The notes: generated by a model from the sequence alone, not told the origin. A stretch of DNA of 64,000 bases from Bacteroidales bacterium (GCA_025454755.1 JALONV010000002.1:10052-74051); one strand, 5' to 3'; positions 33,869-44,759 are shown, counted from the stretch's first letter. Translations and numbers: made by a program.

Positions 33869-35586
33869 TTTTCAATTTCTGCTTTTAATTGAGTCTTCGA
33901 ATTGTCATACTCTATTGCTTTTTCCCAGTTCTTTATTGCCTCGCTGCATTTGTGTCTTTTCTTAAGAATATATCCATAGTGCTCGAAGTATTCTGCATCA
34001 TGAATATTATTTTTGCTAATGATTCCCTCCATTATTTTTGATGCACTTTTATACTTTCCTCTTTTATATAGCACCCATGCATAAGTATCAAGAAAAGTGC
34101 TGTTTTCCGGCTCTTTTTCAATTACTTTCTTCGCCATTTCTTCAGCTTCCCTTAGCTTCAGGTTTCTCTCTGCAAGGTAATATGCATAATTATTTAATAA
34201 CGTTAAATCATCCTTGTTTCTTTTAAGTGCTTCATCAAAAGTTTTAAATGCCTTATCATAATCCTTCATCCTGTAATAAACATCTGCCCTGACAGAAAGA
34301 ACCTGTAAAAGCATTTCATCATTCGCACCTGCAAGAATATCTGCTTTTCTAAGCTCTTCCAGTGCAACTTCATATTTTTTATTCTCATTGGCTGCAGTTG
34401 CATACAGCAATTTTGCTATATATGATCTGTTGAATCTGGTTGCACATTGTTCGCTTCTAAGCTCAAGATTTTTATAGTCGCCCTTCTGAAGATAGGCAAG
34501 TAAAAGCTTTTCCCATGCAAAATAATTCTCTGGTCTTTTTATTATGATTTCTTCAAGCCTTTGAACTGCTTCACTTGTTTTTCCCAGCTTTATAAGAAGC
34601 TCCGTTCTGAGCAGTGAAATAATATCATCATCCGGATAAGCAGCTTCAAAAACCATCAATGATAATATCATCTTTTCTCCGCTGTTTTTAATCATTTCCG
34701 GCGTTTCAATTAACTGAGCAAAGAGTGATATTTTATCTTCTCTTTGCACCTTGTCATTAATTGCTACAACATTCACCAGTAACACCAGGTCTTCATACTT
34801 TTTTTCTTCAATCAGGAAATCACAAAGAGCAAGCTGTATCTGGGGATTGCCGGGATTAATATCTATTAATTTCTTATAAACCTGCTCTGCATTCTCCGGC
34901 TCACCCTTTCCTCTGTATATTTCGGCCAGAAGCCCATTTAAAAGTATTTCATCAGGATATTGCTTAAGAAGAACCTGCGCCCGTTCCAGTGCCTCGTCCC
35001 ATTTTCCTGCCCACATGAGATTTTTTACTATTCCTGTAGAAGATGACATGTTAACACCATATTTTTCATCAAGGTTTTCGAATATCTTAAGAGCTTTGTC
35101 AAAATTTCTGCTTTCTGAATAAAGGTTTGCGAGGGTAATCTGAAGTGTTTGCTTTTCAGGAAACTTAGCTGCTGCTTTCTCATAGAACATTGTTGCGCTG
35201 TCCAGTTTTTTCTCTTCATAATATGTGCCAGCAAGCATCATCATATACCATAGATTCTCCTTACCGATGTTGTATGCTTTAAGCGCATATTTTTTGCCGT
35301 TCTTCAGATCTCCCGAAGCAATTAATATCTGTGCCATCTGAAAGTATGCAGCATCACTTTCAGGATTTATAATTATGCTGTTTTCCAGGTATTTAAGCGC
35401 CTCCCCGCCGTTTCCCATTAATTTCTGTTTTATACCTTCAACAAAAAGGTAATTGAATGTTGCCGTATCGTACGGTTTAATTCTGCCTCCGGAGACTTCT
35501 GCAGGAACGATCCTGTTATTGCAAGCACTCAGAATTCCTGACAGCAGAACCAATCCAAATGATATTTTATAAATCCCTTTTGCCAT
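33856..35586 (-). CDS. tetratricopeptide-repeat lipoprotein
   Basis: 576 aa with lipobox 'ILSACN' and many TPR-like 34-aa units (A/Y/L periodicity, for example 'AEYFEHYGYILKKRHKCSEAIKNWEKAIEYD'). Confidence 0.8.
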   Translation of the reverse strand: MAKGIYKISFGLVLLSGILSACNNRIVPAEVSGGRIKPYDTATFNYLFVEGIKQKLMGNGGEALKYLENSIIINPESDAAYFQMAQILIASGDLKNGKKYALKAYNIGKENLWYMMMLAGTYYEEKKLDSATMFYEKAAAKFPEKQTLQITLANLYSESRNFDKALKIFENLDEKYGVNMSSSTGIVKNLMWAGKWDEALERAQVLLKQYPDEILLNGLLAEIYRGKGEPENAEQVYKKLIDINPGNPQIQLALCDFLIEEKKYEDLVLLVNVVAINDKVQREDKISLFAQLIETPEMIKNSGEKMILSLMVFEAAYPDDDIISLLRTELLIKLGKTSEAVQRLEEIIIKRPENYFAWEKLLLAYLQKGDYKNLELRSEQCATRFNRSYIAKLLYATAANENKKYEVALEELRKADILAGANDEMLLQVLSVRADVYYRMKDYDKAFKTFDEALKRNKDDLTLLNNYAYYLAERNLKLREAEEMAKKVIEKEPENSTFLDTYAWVLYKRGKYKSASKIMEGIISKNNIHDAEYFEHYGYILKKRHKCSEAIKNWEKAIEYDNSKTQLKAEIENCKK

Positions 35587-35630
35587 TCTTATTCTTTTAC
35601 AGTATGACCAAATCCTCTTTTATTTCCATT

Positions 35631-37100
35631 TCATTTTTTCTTAAAGAACACCGTCAGTGTTTTGTCTTTATACTGTGCATAAATTATGAAAATGATTATC
35701 ATTAAGGTATTGACTGCAATTTCAATCGCTGTGTTTTTATAGTTGAACAGCCGCGCCAAAATTACAAATCCTGTTGCCAGAAGGAAATAGGGTATCAGCT
35801 TCCCCATTCTGTACTCAATTCTATAATGTCTTGATGCAAAGATGAATGACATTATTATCATTGCACCATAAGATGCCACATGCGCCCAGGCTGATGCCAT
35901 ATAACCATAGACGGGAATTAAGAAAACATTTATAAGAACTGTAATGACTGCTCCAATCAGAGTTATGTATATGCCAAATCTCGTAAGGTCATTAAGCTTG
36001 TACCAGATGCTGTGATTTATGTAAATTCCATACAGAAGATATCCCATGCTTACTATCGGAACGACAATCAGAGATTCACGGAAATTGGGCCCGATTATAA
36101 ATTTAAATCCCTTTATGTACATGTTGAGCCCCAAAAAGACCAGGAGCATAGCAATTACAAAGTACTTCATTACAAAAGCATATGTTTCCTTTGCATTCTC
36201 CTTTTTTGCCCTTTCGAAAAAGAATGGTTCTGCTGCAAATCTGAACATTTGAATAAAGAGCGCCATCAGCACTGCGACTTTGTATCCCGCTCCATATACA
36301 CCAACTGTTTCAAGACCCGTTTCGTTTCCTAATATCCTTCTGAGTATTACTTTGTCGAGTACATCATTCAACGATCCGCCTAAACCTGCAATTAGAAGAG
36401 GGAAGGAGTAAATAATCATTCTCTGCCAGATCTTTTTATCAAAAACAGGTTTTGCTTTTAATATGAAGGGCAAAAGCATCAGCAATGTTGAAACAGAGGC
36501 GATCAGGTTAGCAACAAAAACATAACCAACTCTGTATCCGGGATCATATATCTTTCTGAACCAGCCATCGCTGTTCTGCCAGATCTTAGGAGCTGCAATC
36601 AACAGGAACAGGACCGTAACAATATTTATTGCAACATTGGCAACCTTAATTATGCTGAAAATCCCCGGTCTGTTTTCTTTCCTCAGCCTGGCAAAAGGAA
36701 TCGCACAAAATGCATCTATTGCCATTATTGCGGCAGTCATCAGTACAAAATCGTGATGATCAGGATAATTCAATACAGAAGAAACGGGTCCTATAAATAC
36801 CCAGACAAAGAGTAAAAATAACACTGAGGTGCTGAAAAGGCTTATTATCGAAGTGCTGTAAACCTTCTCATAATTTTCCTTGTTCTGTGCAAACCTGAAA
36901 AATCCGGTTTCCATACCATAGGTCAGAACAATAAGCAGAATGGCCATCCATGCATACAGTTCAGTGACGACTCCGTATTCAGCCTGCTTGAATATCCTGG
37001 TATAGAAAAATGCAAAAATGGCGTAATTCAGGAATCTTGGTATAATGGTCCCGAATCCATATACTGCAGTCTGTTTGGCCAGCGTCCTTACTTCGTTCAC
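35631..37100 (-). CDS. MOP-superfamily oligosaccharide/polysaccharide flippase (Wzx/MurJ-like)
   Basis: 489 aa with about 12-14 TM segments. The N-terminus 'LAKQTAVYGFGTIIPRFLNY' is typical of polysaccharide biosynthesis flippases. Confidence 0.7.
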   Translation of the reverse strand: MNEVRTLAKQTAVYGFGTIIPRFLNYAIFAFFYTRIFKQAEYGVVTELYAWMAILLIVLTYGMETGFFRFAQNKENYEKVYSTSIISLFSTSVLFLLFVWVFIGPVSSVLNYPDHHDFVLMTAAIMAIDAFCAIPFARLRKENRPGIFSIIKVANVAINIVTVLFLLIAAPKIWQNSDGWFRKIYDPGYRVGYVFVANLIASVSTLLMLLPFILKAKPVFDKKIWQRMIIYSFPLLIAGLGGSLNDVLDKVILRRILGNETGLETVGVYGAGYKVAVLMALFIQMFRFAAEPFFFERAKKENAKETYAFVMKYFVIAMLLVFLGLNMYIKGFKFIIGPNFRESLIVVPIVSMGYLLYGIYINHSIWYKLNDLTRFGIYITLIGAVITVLINVFLIPVYGYMASAWAHVASYGAMIIMSFIFASRHYRIEYRMGKLIPYFLLATGFVILARLFNYKNTAIEIAVNTLMIIIFIIYAQYKDKTLTVFFKKK

Positions 37101-37129
37101 TTTTTCTTTTATGATCGCGCAAAGTTAAA

Positions 37130-37137
37130 TATCTTTG
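37130..37137 (+). promoter_or_regulatory. candidate -7 promoter box TATCTTTG
   Basis: It is an exact TAnnTTTG match, 42 nt upstream of ATG 37180. Confidence 0.45.
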
Positions 37138-37179
37138 CCTACAGATTTGCAGAACATTATTAACCATAAGAAAATATTC

Positions 37180-37995
37180 ATGAACAAGATATTTACGTGG
37201 ATCCTGACTTTCTCATTTTTCTTTACTTTTTTATCCTGCATTGCTCCCGGAGATAATGAAAATACCGTTATTTTGATGAAAACCTCGCTTGGAGACATCA
37301 AATTGAAACTCTATGATGAAACTCCTGTCCACCGGGATAACTTCATTAAACTGGTTAATTCAGGCTTCTACGAGGGCATATCCTTTCACCGGGTTATTAA
37401 CAGCTTCATGATCCAGGCCGGGGATCCTCTTACCAGAACGGTTCCTATACCAGAATCGGCGGATTCGCTGAATACATATACAATTCCATCGGAGTTTAAT
37501 AAAAATCTATTCCATAAAAAGGGTGCACTTGCGGCTGCAAGGGAAGGTAATGATGTCAATCCGGATATGAGGTCGTCGGGAACACACTTTTACATTGTTC
37601 AGGGAACCTTGCTTGCTGAACAGGATCTGCAAATCGCTGAACAGAAAATCATCTCCAATATTAAGCAGGCAGTATTCAATAAAATGATCCGGCAAATAGC
37701 TGACAGTGCAAAATTCTCAGGAACTCCTCTTTCGGAAGGAGAAATTCAGGATATCGCCTCTGTCAGATTGTTTGAATTCTTCACCGCTAATCCGGTCTAT
37801 GAAATCCCGGAAAATCAACGCGAAGTATACAAGACCATTGGTGGTGTTCCTCGTCTTGATGGCACTTATACTGTTTTTGGAGAAGTTCTGGAAGGGCTTG
37901 ATGTAGTCGATAAGATTGCCGCAGTTAATACAGATGCTGCCGACAAGCCTCTGGAAGAGGTTAAAATTCTGAAAATCAAAATAGTTAGTAAATAA
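37180..37995 (+). CDS. cyclophilin-type peptidyl-prolyl cis-trans isomerase, exported
   Basis: The start is moved to ATG 37180 ('MNKIFTWILTF..LSC' signal/lipobox). The cyclophilin core includes 'FHRVINSFMIQAGDP' and 'YTVFGEVLEGLDVVDKI'. Confidence 0.85.
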   Translation: MNKIFTWILTFSFFFTFLSCIAPGDNENTVILMKTSLGDIKLKLYDETPVHRDNFIKLVNSGFYEGISFHRVINSFMIQAGDPLTRTVPIPESADSLNTYTIPSEFNKNLFHKKGALAAAREGNDVNPDMRSSGTHFYIVQGTLLAEQDLQIAEQKIISNIKQAVFNKMIRQIADSAKFSGTPLSEGEIQDIASVRLFEFFTANPVYEIPENQREVYKTIGGVPRLDGTYTVFGEVLEGLDVVDKIAAVNTDAADKPLEEVKILKIKIVSK

Positions 37996-38019
37996 TCACT
38001 TTAAACTAATAACCTGTAA

Positions 38020-39060
38020 ATGCTCGAAATAATCAACTCTCTTCTGGCTGAAATCTCAGAGGCAAAAGTCAGGGGGCAAGAAGATCTCGAATCTTTTCGT
38101 CTCAGATTTCTCAGTAAAAAAGGCCTGATCTCAGATCTGTTTGAAGAATTCAAGAATGTTTCTGCATCTGAGAAAAAAGAAATTGGTCAGAAATTGAATC
38201 TCCTTAAGCAGAGTGCTTTTAATAAATATAACTCGCTTAAATCTGAAATCCAGGCACCCGACAGCGGTTCAAAAATTGAAGATCTGACAAGGCCTTCTTA
38301 TCCCTTTAATCTCGGATCTCGTCATCCGATCTCAATAATCAGAAATGAAATAATCAGCATTTTTGAACGTATTGGTTTTACCGTATCAGAAGGTCCTGAA
38401 ATTGAGGATGATGATCATGTTTTCACCAAGTTGAATTTTGCACCCGAGCATCCTGCAAGAGATATGCAGGACACGTTTTATATTTCAAGGATATCATCTG
38501 AAGACTCCTGTCGCGGTGATATTCTATTGCGTACTCATACATCATCAGTACAGGTGCGTGTTATGCAAAGTCAGAAGCCGCCCATAAGGACGATCTCTCC
38601 CGGCCGGGTTTTCAGAAATGAAGCCATTTCTGCCAGGGCACATTGTATTTTCCATCAGGTCGAAGGTCTCTACATTGATGAAAATGTTTCATTTGCGGAT
38701 TTGCGCCAGACTTTGTTGTTCTTTGCCCGTGAGATGTATGGCAAGGAAGTCAGCATCCGGCTCAGACCCTCTTATTTTCCCTTTACGGAACCTTCGGCTG
38801 AAATGGATGTAAGCTGCACAATCTGCGGCGGGAAAGGCTGTAATGTGTGCAAATATACCGGCTGGCTGGAAGTCCTGGGTTGCGGAATGGTTCATCCTGC
38901 AGTTCTGGAAGCATGCGGGATAGACAGCAGAAAATATACCGGTTTTGCATTCGGCATGGGCATCGAAAGACCTGCGATGCTTAAATACCAGATCAATGAT
39001 CTGCGGCTCTATTTCGAGAATGACATCCGGTTCCTTGACCAGTTTAAAACTGCATTCTGA
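38020..39060 (+). CDS. pheS: phenylalanine--tRNA ligase alpha subunit
   Basis: 346 aa with 'HPARDMQDTFY', 'LRTHTSSVQ' and 'FPFTEPSAEMDV'. Confidence 0.95.
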   Translation: MLEIINSLLAEISEAKVRGQEDLESFRLRFLSKKGLISDLFEEFKNVSASEKKEIGQKLNLLKQSAFNKYNSLKSEIQAPDSGSKIEDLTRPSYPFNLGSRHPISIIRNEIISIFERIGFTVSEGPEIEDDDHVFTKLNFAPEHPARDMQDTFYISRISSEDSCRGDILLRTHTSSVQVRVMQSQKPPIRTISPGRVFRNEAISARAHCIFHQVEGLYIDENVSFADLRQTLLFFAREMYGKEVSIRLRPSYFPFTEPSAEMDVSCTICGGKGCNVCKYTGWLEVLGCGMVHPAVLEACGIDSRKYTGFAFGMGIERPAMLKYQINDLRLYFENDIRFLDQFKTAF

Positions 39061-39119
39061 ATAGTTTGAACTTTTTATGTATCTTTCTGTTATTCTTTAC
39101 AGTGTATTTAAATCATCAT

Positions 39120-39830
39120 ATGAAGCATCACGAAGTTCCTGTTCCGTTCTGTGACAAATGTGCCCTGGAAACCGGGTCAATCTTCAGATACCTGAGCCGT
39201 GAAGAGGTTGATATGATAAATTTTGAAAAGGAGTTCAGGCAGTTTAAGAGGGGAGATGTCCTCTATAATGAAGGGAGCCGGATAAGCGGTTTTTACTGCA
39301 TCCACCGCGGGATAATAAAAGTTTTCAAGACCGGCCTTGATGGAAAGGAGCAGATTATTCGCTTTGCAAAACCCGGAGATATAATTGCCTACAGAAGTGT
39401 ACTGAGCAACGAGGTTGCATGTACTTCAGCAAAGGTTATCGAGGAGTGCCAGGTGTGCTTCATCCCTGCGGAAATACTTATCTCACTTGTAAAATCAAAC
39501 CCCACTTATGCTCATGAATTGTTAAAACTTGCATGTCATGAGCTTGGTGAGGCTAATTCATTTATAACTGACATTGCACAGAAAACAGTTCGCGAAAGAC
39601 TGGCCGAGATTCTTCTTCTGCTTGTTCATGATTTCGGACTTGACAGCCAGGATTATCTTCAGATATCTCTCACCCGCGAAGAGCTGGCAAACATTGTCGG
39701 TACAGCAACAGAATCAGTAATAAGATTATTATCAGAATTTAAAACTGACAGGCTTGTAGAACTCAACGGCCGTAAAATAAAAGTTCTGGACAAGAAAGGT
39801 CTCGAAAAGATCAGCAATGTATTCAACTGA
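39120..39830 (+). CDS. Crp/Fnr-family transcriptional regulator
   Basis: The start is moved to ATG 39120. It has a cNMP-binding-like barrel ('GDVLYNEGSRISGFYCIHRGIIKVFK') and the C-terminal HTH 'TREELANIVGTATESVIRLLSEF'. Confidence 0.85.
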   Translation: MKHHEVPVPFCDKCALETGSIFRYLSREEVDMINFEKEFRQFKRGDVLYNEGSRISGFYCIHRGIIKVFKTGLDGKEQIIRFAKPGDIIAYRSVLSNEVACTSAKVIEECQVCFIPAEILISLVKSNPTYAHELLKLACHELGEANSFITDIAQKTVRERLAEILLLLVHDFGLDSQDYLQISLTREELANIVGTATESVIRLLSEFKTDRLVELNGRKIKVLDKKGLEKISNVFN

Positions 39831-39842
39831 TCAAAATCAATA

Positions 39843-40868
39843 TTAAAATAAGGTGCTGCCGGAATCGCGGTTAAAGGTTTTTCCAAGATGCCTGTATGCA
39901 TGTTCGGTGGCCTCCCTGCCTCTTGGTGTTCTCTTAAGGAAGCCCTCTTTTATAAGAAATGGTTCATATACTTCTTCAATGGTTCCGCTCTCTTCACCAA
40001 CAGCGGTGGCAATTGTATTTAAACCAACCGGTCCTCCGCTGAATTTGTTTATTACTACAGAAAGGATCCTGTTATCCATTTCATCGAGTCCGTGCTGGTC
40101 AATATTAAGTGCTTTCAGTCCGTATTTTGTAATTTCAAGGTCAATCCTGCCCGATCCCTTTACCTGGGCGAAATCGCGTATCCTCCTTAAAAGGGCGTTG
40201 GCTATTCTGGGGGTTCCCCTGCTTCTCTTTCCAATCTCGACGGCAGCGCGGTCATCAATAATTACATTCAGGATTTTTGCAGATCTCTTTACGATACCCG
40301 TCAGCACTTCCTGATCATAATATTCAAGATGAAATTTGATACCGAATCTCGCTCTGAGGGGACTTGTCAGAAGGCCGGATCTTGTAGTGGCGCCAATCAG
40401 CGTGAACTTGTTGAGGTTTAATTGCACTGATCTTGCGCTGGGACCCTTGTCAATCATAATATCTATCTGGTAATCCTCCATTGCAGAATAGAGATATTCT
40501 TCGACAACGGGACTCAGTCTGTGTATCTCATCAATAAAAAGCACATCTCCTTCTTCAAGATTTGTCAGAAGGCCTGCCAGATCGCCCGGCTTATCGAGAA
40601 CCGGTCCGGAAGTAACTTTCAGGTTTACTCCCAGTTCATTTGAAATAATAGTGGCTAAAGTGGTTTTGCCCAATCCCGGAGGGCCGTGCAGAAGGACGTG
40701 GTCAAGTGATTCTTTTCTCTGCTTTGCGGCAGTGACAAACACCACAAGATTATCGATCACCTGCTGTTGTCCCTTGAAGTCTGCAAAATTAACAGGACGA
40801 AGTTGTCTGTCAAACTCCCTGTCGGTAACCGTGAAGTCTTCCTTCCGGATATCAAAGTTTTCCTCCAT
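39843..40868 (-). CDS. ruvB: Holliday junction branch migration helicase RuvB
   Basis: 341 aa with Walker A 'GPPGLGKTT', 'LFIDEIHRL' and '[18 protein letters not shown]'. Confidence 0.95.
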   Translation of the reverse strand: MEENFDIRKEDFTVTDREFDRQLRPVNFADFKGQQQVIDNLVVFVTAAKQRKESLDHVLLHGPPGLGKTTLATIISNELGVNLKVTSGPVLDKPGDLAGLLTNLEEGDVLFIDEIHRLSPVVEEYLYSAMEDYQIDIMIDKGPSARSVQLNLNKFTLIGATTRSGLLTSPLRARFGIKFHLEYYDQEVLTGIVKRSAKILNVIIDDRAAVEIGKRSRGTPRIANALLRRIRDFAQVKGSGRIDLEITKYGLKALNIDQHGLDEMDNRILSVVINKFSGGPVGLNTIATAVGEESGTIEEVYEPFLIKEGFLKRTPRGREATEHAYRHLGKTFNRDSGSTLF

Positions 40869-40881
40869 AGCAGCAAAGTAA

Positions 40882-42435
40882 CTATTTTATAAGCTTTGTA
40901 TCGCTTTCAGGAAGGTTTATTTTAACGCCATTTATGCTGGTTTCAACGTCATCCCTGTAGGTAATGGTTAGATATGGCATGCCCTCTTCATCAAATTTCT
41001 TCCATGTTTTCTGCCGTATCCCGTTTTTATAGAATTGCTCCTCTTTTATTTTTCCGTTTTCGTAATAATAAAGATGCTGACCATCGGGATTGCCCTGAAC
41101 ATAATTACCTTTATATCTTAGTGTCCCGTCATTAAAATAGGATTTCCACAGACCATCTTTCAGCCCGATTATATACTTTCCTTCTTCTGTGTTATCGCCT
41201 GATTTGAATTTCCATTCCCCGTTTCTTTCTCCGTCAGAATAAGTTCCCTGCCCTATTACATCACCGGTTTCAGAATATTCCGCATATGCTCCATCGCGTT
41301 GACCCTGGAAATATTCTTCCTCCCTTAGTATTGCTCCGTTTCCGTAATACCATTTCCAAAGTCCGTCCGGCCGTCCATTGTTAAAGAATCCTGTTTGTTC
41401 TGTTTTCCCTTCTGTAGTATAGAATTTCCATAATCCTGTGCGCCTGTTGTCGCTATAGGTACCTTCGGCTTTTAATTTTCCATCGGGATAAAAATCTTTC
41501 CATTTTCCATTGTGATTGCCGGCTTCATCCACAATTCCTTCAGAAACTTTTAATCCGTTGTCGTTGTAAATAAAAGCATTCGTAACCTTTCCTTCTTTTC
41601 CATATTCACGATGAACGCCAACAGGTACACTATTTCTGTAAGGACCACTGTATATCAGTTTATTATCGGCATCGTACCTGTTTACTATTTCAATATCCGG
41701 CTGGTCCTCTACATTGGATTTTACAATCGATCCGTTTTCATAAAGCATGGTAAGTACCAGTACGCCGCGTTGATCATATTCCTTGTAATAGCCATGAAGA
41801 TTATCGTCCTTATATGTTTTTTCCGTTTTCTTGCCCCCGTTCGGGTAAAATTCGATCCATTCTCCCTGTTTTAATCCATTGCTGTCAGTCCGGTTGATTT
41901 TTTCCCTGCTTACCAGAAAGTCATTATTATATTCCAGAAGAGTTATAATATTTCCGTTTTTATCATATTCTTTTGATAATCCCTCCCGTTTACCTGTATT
42001 GAACGATACGGTCTGCTGTATTTTGCCTTCAGGAAAATAGAAATATCCGGTGCCTTCTTTTCTGCCTCCGGCGTAGAGCTCCTTTGACCAGATATAAACT
42101 CCTGCCGAAGGATCTTTTTTATATTTAAAATAATATCCGTTCTTCTTGTCAAAAAGATAGCTTATCTTATCAGTTGTATCTCCGGCCTGATCATAAAATA
42201 ACCAGATGCTGTCTAATTTGAAATTAGTGTATTTTCCCTCTGATTTTATAACTCCGGTTACATAATATGTTTTCCAATAGCCGTCAGGTTTGCCATTTTT
42301 CATCATTCCCTCGCTAGATATACTGCCATTTGGATATTTAAATACCTGATATCCATCCTTAAGATTTTCAGTTGTTTGCCCTGATATTTTAAGTATTAAA
42401 AACAGAAATAATACTATTGTATACAATTTCTTCAT
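40882..42435 (-). CDS. secreted MORN-variant (YwqK-like) repeat protein
   Basis: 517 aa with a signal peptide and about 20 repeats of the G-x-W-x-x-Y-Y-x-N-G type ('[12 protein letters not shown]', '[13 protein letters not shown]'). Confidence 0.75.
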   Translation of the reverse strand: MKKLYTIVLFLFLILKISGQTTENLKDGYQVFKYPNGSISSEGMMKNGKPDGYWKTYYVTGVIKSEGKYTNFKLDSIWLFYDQAGDTTDKISYLFDKKNGYYFKYKKDPSAGVYIWSKELYAGGRKEGTGYFYFPEGKIQQTVSFNTGKREGLSKEYDKNGNIITLLEYNNDFLVSREKINRTDSNGLKQGEWIEFYPNGGKKTEKTYKDDNLHGYYKEYDQRGVLVLTMLYENGSIVKSNVEDQPDIEIVNRYDADNKLIYSGPYRNSVPVGVHREYGKEGKVTNAFIYNDNGLKVSEGIVDEAGNHNGKWKDFYPDGKLKAEGTYSDNRRTGLWKFYTTEGKTEQTGFFNNGRPDGLWKWYYGNGAILREEEYFQGQRDGAYAEYSETGDVIGQGTYSDGERNGEWKFKSGDNTEEGKYIIGLKDGLWKSYFNDGTLRYKGNYVQGNPDGQHLYYYENGKIKEEQFYKNGIRQKTWKKFDEEGMPYLTITYRDDVETSINGVKINLPESDTKLIK

Positions 42436-42438
42436 GTC

Positions 42439-43392
42439 TTACAGACCAAGTTGTTCAGATATTTCAAGCATGCGCTGTATTGGTTTATGTGCTGCTTCAA
42501 TTATTTTCTTATTAACGTTTATTTCGGGTTTTTCTGTCTTAATACATCTATAAATTTTTTCCATTGTAATAAGTTTCATGAAATTGCATTCACTGCATCC
42601 GCATGTAGAATCTTTCGGAGGAGCCGGTATAAATATTTTTCCGTGACTTTCTTTTTTCATCTGATGGATTATACCAGGCTCGGTTGCTACTATAAAGCAT
42701 TTTGCCCCATTCTTTTTTGTAAAGCTTAGAAGAGCAGCTGTAGATCCAATAAAATCTGCAATCATTCTTATTGGCAATTCACATTCAGGATGCACTATTA
42801 CTTTTGCATTCTTATTTTCTTCTTTCAGCTTAAGTATTGCTTCAAGAGAGAATTCCTCATGTACATGACATGTTCCATTCCAGATAATTATATCTCTTCC
42901 TGTTTGATTAAGAACATAATTTCCAAGATTCCTGTCCGGTGCAAAAATGATCTTTTCTTTTTCCGGAAGTGATTTTACTATCTGTACTGCATTTGAAGAA
43001 GTGCATGAAATATCTGACAATGCCTTAATTTCAGCAGTGGTATTTACATATGTTATTACTGTTCTGCCTGGATTTTCTTTGAGGAATTTTTTAAAATCCT
43101 TTGCTTTGCATGAGTCAGCAAGTGAGCATCCCGCATTTATATCAGGAAGAAGTACTTTCTTTTCAGGAGCAAGTATTTTTGCTGTTTCTGCCATGAATTT
43201 AACTCCTGCAAACAATATTATATCAGCATCATTTGCTGCTGCTTTTTGAGATAATGCAAGACTGTCTCCCACAAAATCAGCAATATCCTGGATATCTCCT
43301 GTCTGATAATAATGTGCCAGGATGATAGCATTTTTATCTTTCTTCATCCTGTTTATTTCATTAATAATATCTATTGATTTTTCTTTGCTCAT
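42439..43392 (-). CDS. nadA: quinolinate synthase
   Basis: 317 aa with 'ILAHYYQTGDIQDIADFVGDSL' and 'ILFAGVKFMAETAKIL'. The conserved Cys residues are present. Confidence 0.92.
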   Translation of the reverse strand: MSKEKSIDIINEINRMKKDKNAIILAHYYQTGDIQDIADFVGDSLALSQKAAANDADIILFAGVKFMAETAKILAPEKKVLLPDINAGCSLADSCKAKDFKKFLKENPGRTVITYVNTTAEIKALSDISCTSSNAVQIVKSLPEKEKIIFAPDRNLGNYVLNQTGRDIIIWNGTCHVHEEFSLEAILKLKEENKNAKVIVHPECELPIRMIADFIGSTAALLSFTKKNGAKCFIVATEPGIIHQMKKESHGKIFIPAPPKDSTCGCSECNFMKLITMEKIYRCIKTEKPEINVNKKIIEAAHKPIQRMLEISEQLGL

Positions 43393-43870
43393 CTATTAAA
43401 TTGAGGGTTTTCAACAAAGTAAATAATTTATAATTTTTAAAATTTAATTATATATGATTATGATGTTATGCTGTTAATTGTGTTGAAATTAAAATACTAA
43501 TATTATTGCTTTTAAATAAATTATCATTTAACAAACACGTTTTCAACAACATCAAACAAATTTATTAATTGCAAATCAGTTAATTGACATCAGAGTTAAC
43601 AATTGTTATGTAAATGATTAAATCATTGAAAGCAGAACAAATTTATGGTTTTAAATGTTCATTTAAAGTTCATAGCATAACTTTATTCTTTTGAAACGTT
43701 ATAACAAAAATAGTGATTTATCATTTTTATTTTGATTTTGTTAAGAAAACCGGAGTTATTAAGTTTTTTTGAATCTCTTTTAATTTGTTTATAAACATTA
43801 AAACCGTTGATAAAAGAGATATAAGTATATTTTTTTCCTTAAATTAACAGGCTGATTAAAATTACACCTG

Positions 43871-44317
43871 ATGAAGAAGCCAAAAATAGCAATAGTTTCA
43901 GACCATGCAGGTTTTTACCTTAAAGAAAAACTGCTGGATTTTCTGATTAAAGAAAAATATGATGTAAAGGATTTTGGATGTCCTTCGGCAGAGGTTGTAG
44001 ACTATCCCGATTATGGCCACCCTATGGCAAATGCTGTCGCAAAAGGAGAGTTTCAGATTGGAATTTCAATATGCGGTACCGGGAACGGCATAAATATGAC
44101 CGTGAACAAACATCCTGGGATCAGAAGCGCGTTGTGCTGGAACGAAGAAACAGGAAAACTTGCAAGGGCGCATAATGATGCAAATATATGTGCTCTTCCC
44201 GGAAGATTTATTAATGAGGCAGAAGCCTGCCTGATAGTAAGAACGTTCCTTACCACTTCTTTTGAAGGAGGAAGACACAAAAGAAGGATAGATAAAATAC
44301 CGCTAAAAATATATTGA
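43871..44317 (+). CDS. rpiB: ribose 5-phosphate isomerase B
   Basis: 148 aa with 'ICGTGNGINMTVNKHPGIRSALC' and 'ARAHNDANICALPGRF'. Confidence 0.92.
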   Translation: MKKPKIAIVSDHAGFYLKEKLLDFLIKEKYDVKDFGCPSAEVVDYPDYGHPMANAVAKGEFQIGISICGTGNGINMTVNKHPGIRSALCWNEETGKLARAHNDANICALPGRFINEAEACLIVRTFLTTSFEGGRHKRRIDKIPLKIY

Positions 44318-44318
44318 A

Positions 44319-44759
44319 ATGTTTTCAAATTCTTGCAGATACGGAATCAGGGCAATTTTATATATAGCCAGCAAACAGCAGGGGGATGAAAAAACAGGAA
44401 TAAAACAGATCTCAAAGGACCTGGATCTTCCTACTCCCTTTCTTGCAAAAATACTTCAGCAGCTGGCAAAACAAAAAATCCTGAAATCGCTTAAAGGGCC
44501 GCATGGAGGCTTTTCGCTTCTCAGGGATCCGAAAAAAATCACGATCCTTGATATTGTGAAAACCATCGACGGAGAAGAGATATTCACAAATTGCATTATT
44601 CATAACACAACATGTTCCTGTGTGGATAAACATAAAGATCCTTGTCCGCTTCATGATAACTATTCAAAAGTAAGAACGGAACTGATTAATCTTTTCAGCA
44701 CAACAACTGTTCATGAACTTGTAATAAATAAAGACACTCAGGCCAGAATCAATATCTGA
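44319..44759 (+). CDS. Rrf2-family transcriptional regulator
   Basis: 146 aa with 'CRYGIRAILYIA' and 'ISKDLDLPTPFLAKILQQLAKQKIL'. A Cys cluster 'CIIHNTTCSCVDKHKDPC' may bind a metal or Fe-S cluster. Confidence 0.85.
   Translation: MFSNSCRYGIRAILYIASKQQGDEKTGIKQISKDLDLPTPFLAKILQQLAKQKILKSLKGPHGGFSLLRDPKKITILDIVKTIDGEEIFTNCIIHNTTCSCVDKHKDPCPLHDNYSKVRTELINLFSTTTVHELVINKDTQARINI

Noticed and set aside
40882-42435. The MORN/YwqK-like repeat protein, considered as the antitoxin of a toxin-antitoxin or polymorphic-toxin system.
   Set aside because: It is 517 aa with a signal peptide, and its neighbours are ruvB and nadA. There is no adjacent toxin, LXG/Rhs or immunity-type gene. The 'YwqK antitoxin' label reflects only repeat similarity.
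43393-43870. The AT-rich nadA-rpiB spacer, considered as the chromosomal replication origin.
   Set aside because: There is no perfect TTATCCACA DnaA box, only 8-9-mers with about 2 mismatches (TTTTCAACA type). There is no dnaA, dnaN or other origin-linked gene nearby. GC skew cannot be judged from one window. The region is kept only as a low-confidence possibility in the findings.
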